Assembly: GCA_009914755.4 (NCBI GenBank)
Contig: CP068257.2
Span: 1,856,001-1,920,000, forward strand
Direction: 5' to 3'
Origin: the human T2T-CHM13v2.0 reference genome, Homo sapiens
Length of the DNA: 64,000 bases
A model generated the notes under the pieces. That model was not told the DNA's origin. It made no database searches and worked only from the letters and a program-made list of their open reading frames with translations. Shown piece by piece: positions 15,601 to 30,000 of this stretch; position 1 is the stretch's first letter, and every line of letters begins with the position of its first letter. The translations under genes were made by a program, and so were the position numbers.

Positions 15601-18600
15601 TACTGTATATAAAATATGAAAGTACATTAAATATATATTTTATTCTGTACATAAAATATCAAAGTACACCAGATATATATTCTATAGTGTACATAAAATA
15701 ACAAAGTACACAAACTATAAATTATATACTGTACATAAAATATGAAATTACATCAAATATATATTAGATACATAAAATATGAAAGTACATCAAATATAGA
15801 TTATATACTGTACATATAATATCAATGTACCCCAAATATATATTTTATACTCTACATGAAATATCAAAGTTCACAAACCATACATTATATACTGTACATA
15901 AAATATCAAAGTACCCAAGGTATATATTCTATAGTGTACAAAAAATATCAAAGTACCCAAAGCATGTATTATATACTGTACATAAAATATGAAAGTACAT
16001 CAAATATATATTTTATTCTGTACATAAAATATCAAAGTACACCAGATATATATTCTATAGTGTACATAAAATATCAAAGTACCCAAACTATACATTATAT
16101 ACTGTACATAAAATATGAAATTACATCAAATATATATTATATTAGGTACATAAAATATGAAAGTACATCAAATATAGATTATATACTGTACATAAAATAT
16201 CAAAGTACCCCAAATATATATTATATACTGTACATGAAATATCAAAGTTCACAACTATATATTATATACTGTACATAAAATATCAAAGTCCCCAAGGTAT
16301 ATATTCTATACTGTACAAAAAATATCAAAGTACCCAAAGCATGTATTATATACTGTACATAAAATATGAAATTACATCAAATATATATTATATTGGGTAC
16401 ATAAAATATGAAAGTACATCAAATATAGATTATATACTGTACATAAAATATCAAAGAACCCCAAATATATATTATATACTGTATATGAAATATCAAAGTT
16501 CACAACTATATATTACATACTGTACATAAAATATCAAAGTACCCAATTTATATATTCTATACTGTACAAAAAATATCAAAGTACCCAAAGCATGTATTAT
16601 ATACTGTACATAAAATATGAAAGTACATCAAATATATATTTTATTCTGTACATAAAATATCAAAGTACAGAAGATATATATTCTATAGTGTATATAAAAT
16701 ATCAAAGTACCCAAACTATACATTATATACTGTACATAAAATATGAAATTACATCAAATATGTATTATATTAGGTACATAAAATATGAAAGTACATGAAA
16801 TATAGATTATATACTGTACATAAAATATCAAAGTACCCCAAATTTATATTATATACTATACATGAAATATCAAAGTTCACAAACTATATATTATATACTG
16901 TACATAAAATATCAAAGTACCCAAGGTATATATTCTATAGTGTACAAAAAATATCAAAGTACCCAAAGCATGTATTATATACTGTACATAAAATATAAAA
17001 TTACATCAAATATATATTTTATTCTGTACATAAAATATCAAAGTACACCAGATATATATACTATAGTGTACATAAAATATCAAAGTACCCAAACTATACA
17101 TTATACACTGTACATATAATATGAAATTACATCAAATATATATTAGGTACATAAAATATGAAAGTACATCAAATATAGATTATATACTGTACATATAATA
17201 TCAATGTACCCCAAATATATATTTTATACTCTACATGAAATATCAAAGTTCACAAACCATATATTATATAATGTACATAAAATATCAAAGTACCCAAGGT
17301 ATATATTCTATACTGTACAAAACATATCAAAGTACCCAAACCATTTATTATATACTGTACATAAAATATGAAACTACATCAAATATATATTTTATTCTGT
17401 ACATAAAATATCAAAGTACACCAGATATATATTCTATAGTGTACATAAAATATCAAAGTACCCAAACTATACATTATATACTGTACATAAAATATGAAAT
17501 TACATCAAATATATTTTATATTAGGTACATAAAATATGAAAGTACATCAAATATAGATTATATACTGTACATTAAATACCAAAGTACCCCAAATATATAT
17601 TTTATACTGTACATGAAATATCAAAGTTCACACACTATATATTATATACTGTACATAAAATATCAAAGTACCCAAGGTATATATTCTATACTGTACAAAA
17701 AATATCAAAGTACCCAAAGCATGTATTATATACTGTACATAAAATATGAAAGTACATCAAATATATATTTTATTCTGTACATAAATATCAAAGTACACCA
17801 GATATATATTCTATAGTGTACACAAAATAACAAAGTACACAAACTATAAATTATATACTGTACATAAAATATGAAATTACATCAAATATATATTAGGTAC
17901 ATAAAATATGAAAGTACATCAAATATAGATTATATACTGTACATATAATATCAATGTACCCCAAAAATATATTTTATACTCTACATGAAATATCAAAGTT
18001 CACAAACCGTACATTATATACTGTACATAAAATATCAAAGTACCCAAGGTATATATTCTATACTGTACAAAAAATATCAAAGTACCCAAAGCATGTATTA
18101 TATACTGTACCTAAAATATGAAAGTACATCAAATATATATTTTATTCTGTACATAAAATATCAAAGTACACCAGATATATATTCTATAGTGTACATAAAG
18201 TAACAAAGTACACAAACTATACATTATATACTGTACATAAAATATGAAATTACATCAAATATATATTAGGTACATAAAATATGAAAGTACATCAAATATA
18301 GATTATATACTGTACATAAAATATCAATGTACCCCAAATATATATTTTATACTCTACATGAAATATGAAAGTTCACAAACCATATATTATATACTGTACA
18401 TAAAATATCAAAGTACCCTATGTATATATTCTATACTATACAAAAAATATCAAAGTACCCAAAGCATGTATTATATACTGTACATAAAATATGAAAGTAC
18501 ATCAAATATATATCTTATTCTGTACATAAAACATCAAAGTACCCAAACTATACATTATATACTGTACATAAAATATGAAATTACATCAAATATATATTAG

Positions 18601-19800
18601 GTACATAAAATATGAAAGTACATCAAATATAGATTATATACTGTACATAAAATATCAAAGTACCCCAAATATATATTATATACTCTACATGAAATATCAA
18701 AGTTCACAAACTATACATTATATACTGTACATATAATATGAAAGTACACAAGGTATATATTCTATACTGTACAAAAAATATCAAAGTACCAAAAGCATGT
18801 ATTATATACTGTATATAAAATATGAAAGTACATTAAATATATATTTTATTCTGTACATAAAATATCAAAGTACACCAGATATATATTCTATAGTGTACAT
18901 AAAATAACAAAGTACACAAACTATAAATTATATACTGTACATAAAATATGAAATTACATCAAATATATATTAGATACATAAAATATGAAAGTACATCAAA
19001 TATAGATTATATACTGTACATATAATATCAATGTACCCCAAATATATATTTTATACTCTACATGAAATATCAAAGTTCACAAACCATACATTATATACTG
19101 TACATAAAATATCAAAGTACCCAAGGTATATATTCTATAGTGTACAAAAAATATCAAAGTACCCAAAGCATGTATTATATACTGTACATAAAATATGAAA
19201 GTACATCAAATATATATTTTATTCTGTACATAAAATATCAAAGTACACCAGATATATATTCTATAGTGTACATAAAATATCAAAGTACCCAAACTATACA
19301 TTATATACTGTACATAAAATATGAAATTACATCAAATATATATTATATTAGGTACATAAAATATGAAAGTACATCAAATATAGATTATATACTGTACATA
19401 AAATATCAAAGTACCCCAAATATATATTATATACTGTACATGAAATATCAAAGTTCACAACTATATATTATATACTGTACATAAAATATCAAAGTCCCCA
19501 AGGTATATATTCTATACTGTACAAAAAATATCAAAGTACCCAAAGCATGTATTATATACTGTACATAAAATATGAAATTACATCAAATATATATTATATT
19601 GGGTACATAAAATATGAAAGTACATCAAATATAGATTATATACTGTACATAAAATATCAAAGAACCCCAAATATATATTATATACTGTATATGAAATATC
19701 AAAGTTCACAACTATATATTACATACTGTACATAAAATATCAAAGTACCCAATTTATATATTCTATACTGTACAAAAAATATCAAAGTACCCAAAGCATG
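12700..19800 (+). repeat. 3206-bp super-repeat (~8.5 HOR units per copy), about 2.2 tandem copies. The same block family is also represented, more diverged, at ~230-2500 and ~3450-5750.
   Basis: Constant offset of 3206 between 13072/16278/19484 (ends of the '...SSQLYIIY[YC]T' ORFs), 13589/16795, 14029/17235, 14779/17985, 15038/18244, 15856/19062 and 16341/19547. I checked the sequence at 13442 vs 16648 and it matches, with one substitution in the stretch I compared. Divergence resumes after ~19800. Confidence 0.8.
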
Positions 19801-20689
19801 TATTATATACTGTACATAAAATATGAAAGTACATCAAATATATATTTTATTCTGTACATAAAATATCAAAGTACACCAGATATATATTCTATAGTGTACA
19901 TAAAATAACAAAGTACACAAACTATACATTATATACTGTACATAAAATATGAAATTACATCAAATATATATTAGGTACATAAAATATGAAAGTACATCAA
20001 ATATAGATTATATACTGTACATAAAATATCAATGTACCCCAAATATATATTTTATACTCTACATGAAATATCAAAGTTCACAAACCATATATTATATACT
20101 GTCCATAAAATATCAAAGTACCCAAGGTATATATTCTATACTATACAAAAAATATCAAAGTACACAAAGCATGTATTATATACTGTACTTAAAATATGAA
20201 AGTACATCAAATATATATTTTATTCTGTACATAAAATATCAAAGTACACCAGATATATATTCTATAGTGTACATAAAATATCAAAGTACCCAAACTATAC
20301 ATTATATACTATACATAAAATATGAGATTACATCCAATATATATTATATTAGGTACATAAAATATGAAAGTACATCAAATATAGATTATATACTGTACAT
20401 AAAATATCAAAGTACCCCAAATATATATTATATCCTCTACAAGAAATATCAAAGTTCACACACTATATATTATATACTGTACATAAAATATCAAAGTACC
20501 CAAGGTATATATTCCATACTGTACAAAAAATATCAAAGTACCCAAAGCATGTATTATATTCTGTATATAAAATATGAAAGTACATCAAATATATATTTTA
20601 TTCTGTACATGAAATATCAAAGTACACCAGATATATATTCTATAGTGTACATAAAATAAAAAGTACACAAACTATAAATTATATACTGT

Positions 20690-22200
20690 ACATAAAATAT
20701 GAAATTACATCAAATATATATTAGGTACATAAAATATGAAAGTACATCAAATATAGATTATATACTGTACATATAATATCAATGTACCCCAAATATATAT
20801 TTTATTCTCTACATGAAATATCAAAGTTCACAAAGCATATATTATATACTGTACATAAAATATCAAAGTACCCAAGGTATATATTCTATACTGTACAAAA
20901 AATATCAAAGTAACCAAAGCATGTAATATATACTGTACATAAAATATGAAAGTACATGAAATATATATTTTATTCTGTACATAAAATATCAAAGTACACC
21001 AGATATATATTCTATAGTGTACATAAAATATCAAAGTACCCAAACTATACATTATATACTGTACATAAAATATGAGATTACATCAAATATATATTATATT
21101 AGGTACATAAAATATGAAAGTACATCAAATATAGATTATATACTGTACATAAAATATCAAAGTACCCCAAATATATATTATATACTCTACAGGAAATATC
21201 AAAGTTCACACACTATATATTATATACTGTACATAAAATATCAAAGTACCCAAGGTATATATTCTATACTGTACAAAAAATATCAAAGTACCCAAAGCAT
21301 GTATTATATTCTGTATATAAAATATGAAAGTACATCAAATATATATTTTATTCTGTACATAAAATATCAAAGTACACCAGATATATATTCTATAGTGTAC
21401 ATAAAATAACAAAGTACACAAACTATAAATTATATACTGTACATAAAATATGAAATTACATCAAATATATATTAGGTACATAAAATATGAATGTACATCA
21501 AATATAGAATATACACTGTACATATAATATCAATGTACCCCAAATATATATTTTATTCTCTACATGAAATATCAAAGTTCACAAACCATATATTATATAC
21601 TGTACATAAAATATCAAAGTACCCAAGGTATATATTCTATAATGTACAAAAAATATCAAAGTACCAAAAGCATGTATTATATAGTGTACATAAAATATGA
21701 AAGTACATCAAATATATATTTTATTCTGTACATATAATATCAAAGTACACCAGATATATATTCTATAGTGTACATAAAATATCAAAGTACCCAAACTATA
21801 CATTATATACTGTACATAAAATATGAAATTACATCAAATATATATTATATTAGGTACATAAAATATGAAAGTACATCAAATATAGATTATATTCTGTACA
21901 TAAAATATCAATGTATCCCAAATATATATTTTATACTCTACATGAAATATCAAAGTTCACAAACCATATCTTATATACTGTACATAAAATATCAAAGTAC
22001 CCAAGGTATATATTCTATACTGTACAAAAAATATCAAAGTACCCAAAGCATGTATTATATACTGTACATAAAATATGAAAGTACATCAAATATATATTTT
22101 ATTCTGTAGATAAAATATCAAAGTACACCAGATATATATTCTATAGTGTACATAAAATATCAAAGTACCCAAACTATACATTATATACTGTACATAAAAT
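20690..22200 (+). repeat. Segmental copy whose partner is at 24937-26450 (offset 4247). The preceding 19949-20300 pairs with 24452-24800 at offset 4503, implying a ~256-bp (6-monomer) indel between the copies.
   Basis: ORF pairs 20828..21052(-)/25075..25299(-), 21017..21409/25264..25656 and 21768/26015 share the rare variants 'YILSIKYQ', 'YILYLKYES', 'QCIPNIYF' and 'QTISY'. Confidence 0.7.
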
Positions 22201-24936
22201 ATGAAATTACATCAAATATATATTATATTAGGTACATAAAATATGAAAGTACATCAAATATAGATTATATACTGTACATAAAATATCAAATTACCCCAAA
22301 TATATATTATATACTCTACATGAAATATCAAAGTTCACAAACTATATATTATATACTGTACATAAAATATCAAAGTACCCAAGGTATATATTCTATACTG
22401 TACAAAAAATATCAAAGTATCCAAAGCATGTATTATATACTGTATATAAAATATGAAAGTACATTAAATATATATTTTATTCTGTACATAAAATATCAAA
22501 GTACATCAGATATATATTCTATAGTGTACATAAAATAACAAAGTACGCAAACTATAAATTATATACTGTACATAAAATATGAAATTACATCAAATATATA
22601 TTAGGTACATAAAATATGAAAGTACATCAAATATAGAATATACTGTACATGAAATACCAAAGTACCCCAAATATATATTTTATACTCTACATGAAATATC
22701 AAAGTTCACAAACTATATATTATATACTGTATATAAAATATCAAAGTACCCAAGGTATATATTCTATACTGTACAAAAAATATCAAAGTACCCAAAGCAT
22801 GTATTATATACTGTACATAAAATATGAAAGTACATCAAATATATATTTTATTCTGTACAGAAAATATCAAAGTACACCAGATATATATTCTATAGTGTAC
22901 ATAAAATATCAAAGTACCCAAACTATACATTATATACTGTACATAAAATATGAAATTACATCAAATTTATATTAGGTACATAAAATATGAAAGTACATCA
23001 AATATAGATTATATACTGTACATAAAATATCAAAGTACCCCAAATATATATTATATACTCTACATGAAATATCAAAGTTCACAAACTATATATTATATAC
23101 TGTACATAACATATCCAAGTACCCAAGGTATATATTCTATACTGTACAAAAAATATCAACGTACCCAAAGCATGTATTATATACTCTATATAAAATATGA
23201 AAGTACATCACATATATATTTTATTCTGTACATAAAATATCAAAGTACACCAGATATATATTCTATAGTGTACATAAAATAACAAAGTACAAAAACTATA
23301 AATTATATGCTGTACATAAAATATGAAATTACATCAAATATATATTAGGTACATAAAATATGAAAGTACATCAAATATAGATTATATACTGTACATATAA
23401 TATCAATGTACCCCAAATATATATTTTATTCTCTACATGAAATATCAAAGTTCACAAACCATATATTATATACTGTACATAAAATATCAAAGTACCCAAG
23501 GTATATATTCTATACTGTACAAAAAATATCAAAGTACCCAAAGCATGTATTATATACTGTACATAAAATATGAAAGTACATCAAATATATATTTTATTCT
23601 GTACATAAAATATCAAAGTACACCAGATATATATTCTATAGTGTACATAAAATATCAAAGTACCCAAACTATACATTATATACTGTACATAAAATATGAA
23701 ATTACATAAAATATATATTATATTAGGTACATAAAATATGAAAGTACATCAAATATAGATTATATACTGTACATTAAATACCAAAGTACCCCAAATATAT
23801 ATTTTATACTGTACATGAAATATCAAAGTTCACAAACTATATAATATAAACTGTACATGTAATATCAAAGTACCCGAGGTATATATTCTATACTGTACAA
23901 AAAATAACAAAGTACCAAAAGCATGTATTATATACTGTACATAAAATATGAAAGTATATCAAATATAGATTTTCTTCTGTACATAAAATATCAAAGTAAA
24001 ACAGATATATATTCTATAGTGTACATAAAATATCAAAGTACCCAAACTATACATTATATACTGTACATAAAACATGAAATTACATCAAATATATATTATA
24101 TTAGGTACATAAAATATGAAAGTACATCAAATATAGATTATATAGTGTACATAAATTATCAAAGTACCCCAAATATATATTATATACTCTACATGAAATA
24201 TCAAAGTTCACAAACTATATATTATATAGTGTACATAAAATATGAAAGTACCCAAGGTATACATTCTATACTGCAAAAAAAATATCAAAGTACCCAAAGC
24301 AAGTATTATATACTGTATCTAAAATATGAAAGTACAGCAAATATATATTTTATTCTGTACATAAAATATCAATGTACACCAGATATATATTCTATAGTGT
24401 ACATAAAATATCAAAGTACCCAAACTATACATTATATACTGTACATAAAATATGAAATTACATCAAATATATATTAGGTACATAAAATATGAAAGTACAT
24501 CAAATATAGATTATATACTGTACATAAAATATCAATGTACCCCAAATATATATTTTATACTCTACATGAAATATCAAAGTTCACAAACCATATATTATAT
24601 ACTGTCCATAAAATATCAAAGTACCCAAGGTATATATTCTATACTATACAAAAAATATCAAAGTACGCAAAGCATGTATTATATACTGTACTTAAAATAT
24701 GAAAGTACATCAAATATATATTGTATTCTGTACATAAAATATCAAAGTACAAAAGATATATATTCTATAGTGTACATAAAATATCAAAGTACCCAAACTA
24801 TACATTATATACTGTACATAAAATATGAAATTACATCAAATATATATTAGGTACATAAAATATGAATGTACATCAAATATAGATTATATACTGTACATAA
24901 AATATCAAAGTACACAAACTATAAATTATATACTGT

Positions 24937-26450
24937 ACATAAAATATGAAATTACATCAAATATATATTAGGTACATAAAATATGAAAGTACTTCAAATA
25001 TAGATTATATACTGTACATATAATATCAATGTACCCCAAATATATATTTTATACTCTACATGAAATATCAAAGTTCACAAACCATACATTATATACTGTA
25101 CATAAAATATCAAAGTACCCAAGGTATATATTCTATACTGTACAAAAAATATCAAAGTACCCAAAGCATGTAATATATACTGTACATAAAATATGAAAGT
25201 ACATGAAATATATATTTTATTCTGTACATAAAATATCAAAGTACACCAGATATATATTCTATAGTGTACATAAAATATCAAAGTACCCAAACTATACATT
25301 ATATACTGTACATAAAATATGAGATTACATCAAATATATATTATATTAGGTACATAAAATATGAAAGTACATCAAATATAGATTATATACTGTACATAAA
25401 ATATCAAAGTACCCCAAATATATATTATATACTCTACAGGAAATATCAAAGTTCACACACTATATATTATATACTGTACATAAAATATCAAAGTACCCAA
25501 GGTATATATTCTATACTGTACAAAAAATATCAAAGTACCCAAAGCATGTATTATATTCTGTATATAAAATATGAAAGTACATCAAATATATATTTTATTC
25601 TGTACATAAAATATCAAAGTACACCAGATATATATTCTATAGTGTACATAAAATAACAAAGTACACAAACTATAAATTATATACTGTACATAAAATATGA
25701 AATTACATCAAATATATATTAGGTACATAAAATATGAAAGTACATCAAATATAGATTATATACTGTACATATAATATCAATGTACCCCAAATATATATTT
25801 TATTCTCTACATGAAATATCAAAGTTCACAAACCATATATTATATACTGTACATAAAATATCAAAGTACCCAAGGTATATATTCTATAATGTACAAAAAA
25901 TATCAAAGTACCAAAAGCATGTATTATATACTGTACATAAAATATGAAAGTACATCAAATATATGTTTTATTCTGTACATATAATATCAAAGTACACCAG
26001 ATATATATTCTATAGTGTACATAAAATATCAAAGTACCCAAACTATACATTATATACTGTACATAAAATATGAAATTACATCAAATATATATTATATTAG
26101 GTACATAAAATATGAAAGTACATCAAATATAGATTATATTCTGTACATAAAATATCAATGTATCCCAAATATATATTTTATACTCTACATGAAATATCAA
26201 AGTTCACAAACCATATCTTATATACTGTACATAAAATATCAAAGTACCCAAGGTATATATTCTATACTGTACAAAAAATATCAAAGTACCCAAAGCATGT
26301 ATTATATACTGTACATAAAATATGAAAGTACATCAAATATATATTTTATTCTGTACATAAAATATCAAAGTACACCAGATATATATTCTATAGTGTACAT
26401 AAAATATCAAAGTACCCAAACTATACATTATATACTGTACATAAAATATG
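24937..26450 (+). repeat. Partner copy of 20690-22200 (offset 4247).
   Basis: As above. It is preceded at 24850-24960 by an unusual A'-B-I'-A'-B arrangement (a local deletion derivative). Confidence 0.7.
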
Positions 26451-26810
26451 AAATTACATAAAATATATATTATATTAGGTACATAAAATATGAAAGTACA
26501 TCAAATATAGATTATATACTGTACATTAAATACCAAAGTACCCCAAATATATATTTTATACTGTACATGAAATATTCAAGTTCACAAACTATATAATATA
26601 TACTTTACATGTAATATCAAAGTACCCGAGGTATATATTCTATACTGTACAAAAAATAACAAAGTACCAAAAGCATGTATTATATACTGTACAAAAAATA
26701 TGAAAGTACATCAAATATAGATTTTATTCTGTACATAAAATATCAGAGTACAACAGATATATATTCTATAGTGTACATAAAATATCAAAATACCCAAACT
26801 ATACATTATA
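26450..26810 (+). repeat. Copy of 23700-24060 (offset 2752). It carries rare variants: A with 'attacataaaatat', E with 'gtacatgtaatatcaaagtacccgagg', F with 'aaaataacaaagtaccaaaagc', G with 'atagattttattct', H with 'acagatat'.
   Basis: Read directly. ORFs 23923..24477 and 26675..26911 share the 'NIDF', 'IKHEITSN' and 'TDIYS' variants. The same variant cluster recurs near 35900-36200. Confidence 0.65.
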
Positions 26811-27039
26811 TACTGTACATAAAACATGAAATTACATCAAATATATATTATATTAGGTACATAAAATATGAAAGTACATCAAATATAGATTATATACTGT
26901 ACATTAAATAGCAAAGTACCCCAAATATATATTTTATACTGTACATGAAATATCAAAGTTCACAAACTATATATTATATACTGTACATGTAATATCAAAG
27001 TACCCGAGGTATATATTCTATACTGTACAAAAAATAACA

Positions 27040-30000
27040 AAGTACCAAAAGCATGTATTATATACTGTATATAAAATATGAAAGTACATCAAATATATAT
27101 TTTATTCTGTACATAAAATCTCAAAGTACACCAGATATATATTCTATAGTGTACATAAAATAACAAAGTACAAAAACTATAAATTATATACTGTACATAA
27201 AATATGAAATTACATCAACTATATATTAGGTACATAAAATATGAAAGTACATCAAATATAGATTATATACTGTACATAAAATATCAATGTACCCCAAATA
27301 TATATTTTATACTCTGCATGAAATATCAAAGATCACAAACCATATATTATATACTGTATATAAAATATCAAAGTACCCAAGGTATATATTCTATACTATA
27401 CAAAAAATATCAAAGTACCCAAAGCATGTATTATATACTGTACATAAAATATAAAAGTACATCAAATATATATTTTATTCTGTACATAAAATATCAAAGT
27501 ACACCAGATATATATTCTATAGTGTACATAAAATATCAAAGTACCCAAACTATACATTATATACTGTACATAAAATATGAAATTACATCAAATATATTTT
27601 ATATTAGGAACATAAAATATGAAAGTACATCAAATATAGATTATATACTGTACATAAAATATCAAAGTACCCCAAGTATATATTATATACTCTACAGGAA
27701 ATATCAAAGTTCATACACTATATATTATATACTGTACATAAAATATCAAAGTACCCAAGGTATATATTCTATACTGTACAAAAAATATCAAAGTACCCAA
27801 AGCATGTATTATATTCTGTATATAAAATATGAAAGTACATCAAATATATATTTTATTCTGTACATAAAATATCAAAGTATACCAGATATATATTCTATAG
27901 TGTACATAAAATAACAAAGTACACAAACTATAAATTATATACTGTACATAAAATATGAGATTACATCAAATATATATTATATTAGGTACATAAAATATGA
28001 AAGTACATCAAATATAGATTATATACTGTACATAAAATATCAAAGTACCCCAAATATATATTATATACTCTACATGAAATATCAAAGTTCACAAACTATA
28101 TATTATATACTGTACATAAAATATCAAAGTACCCAAGGTATATATTCTATACTGTACAAAAAATATCAAAGTACCCAAAGCATGTATTATATACTGTACA
28201 TAAAATATGAAAGTACATCAAATATATATTTTATTCTGTACATAAAATATCAAAGTACACCAGATATATATTCTATAGTGTAAATAAAATAACAAAGTAC
28301 ACAACTATACATTATATACTGTACAGAAAATATGAAATTACATCAAATATATATTAGGTACATAAAATATGAAAGTACATCAAATATAGATTATATACTG
28401 TACATAAAATATCAAAGTACCCCAAATATATATTATATACTCTACATGAAATATCAAAGTTCACAAACTATATTTTATATACTGTACATAAAATATCAAA
28501 GTACCCAAGGTATATATTCTATACTGTACAAAAAATATCAAAGTACCCAAAGCATGTATTATATACTGTATATAAAATATGAAAGTACATCAAATATATA
28601 TTTTATTCTGTACATAAAATATCAAAGTACACCAGATATATATTCTATAGTGTACATAAAATAACAAAGTACACAAACTATAAATTATATACTGTACATA
28701 AAATATGAAATTACATCAAACATATATTAGGTACATAAAATATGAAAGTACATCAAATATAGATTATATACTGTACATATAATATCAATGTACCCGAAAT
28801 ATATATTTTATACTCTACATGAAATATCAAAGTTCACAAACCATATATTATATACTGTACATAAAATATCAAAGTACCCAAGGTATATATTCTATACTGT
28901 ACAAAAAATATCAAAGTACCCAAAGCATGTATTATATACTGTACATAAAATATGAAATTACATCAAATATATATTTTATTCTGTACATAAAATATCAAAG
29001 TACACCAGATATATATTCTATAGTGTACATAAAATATCAAAGTACCCAAACTATACATTATATACTGTACATAAAATATGAAATTACATCAAATATATAT
29101 TATATACTGTACATTAAATACCAAAGTACCCCAAATATATATTTTATACTGTACATGAAATATCAAAGTTCACAAACTATATATTATATACTGCACATAA
29201 AATATCAAAGTACCCAACGTATATATTCTATACTGTACAAAAAATATCAAAGTACCCAAAGCATGTATTATATACTGTACCTAAAATATGAAAGTACATC
29301 AAATATATATTTTATTCTGTACATAAAATATCAAAGTACACCAGATATATATTCTATAGTGTACATAAAATATCAAAGTACCCAAACTATACATTATATA
29401 CTGTACATAAAATATGAAATTACATCAAATATATATTATATTAGGTACATAAAATATGAAAGTATATCAAATATAGATTATATACTGTACATAAAATATC
29501 AAAGTACCCCAAATATATATTATATACTCTACATGAAATATCAAAGTTCACAAACCATATATTATATACTGTACATAAAATAAAGTACCCAAGGTATATA
29601 TTCTATACTGTAGAAAAGATATCAAAGTACCCAAAGCATGTATTATATACTGTATATAAAATATGAAAGTACATCAAATATATATTTTATTCTGTACATA
29701 AAATCTCAAAGTACACCAGATATATATTCTATAGTGTACATAAAATAACAAAGTACAAAAACTATAAATTATATACTGTACATAAAATATGAAATTACAT
29801 CAACTATATATTAGGTACATAAAATATGAAAGTACATCAAATATAGATTATATACTGTACATAAAATATCAATGTACCCCAAATATATATTTTATACTCT
29901 GCATGAAATATCAAAGATCACCAACCATATATTATATACTGTATATAAAATATCAAAGTACCCAAGGTATATATTCTATACTATACAAAAAATATCAAAG

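Noticed and set aside
20828-21052. Minus-strand ORFs of 74 aa (20828..21052 and 25075..25299), identical apart from 2 aa.
   Set aside because: They are reverse-frame readings of the same satellite monomers. Their similarity simply reflects the 4247-bp segmental copy, not a conserved gene.
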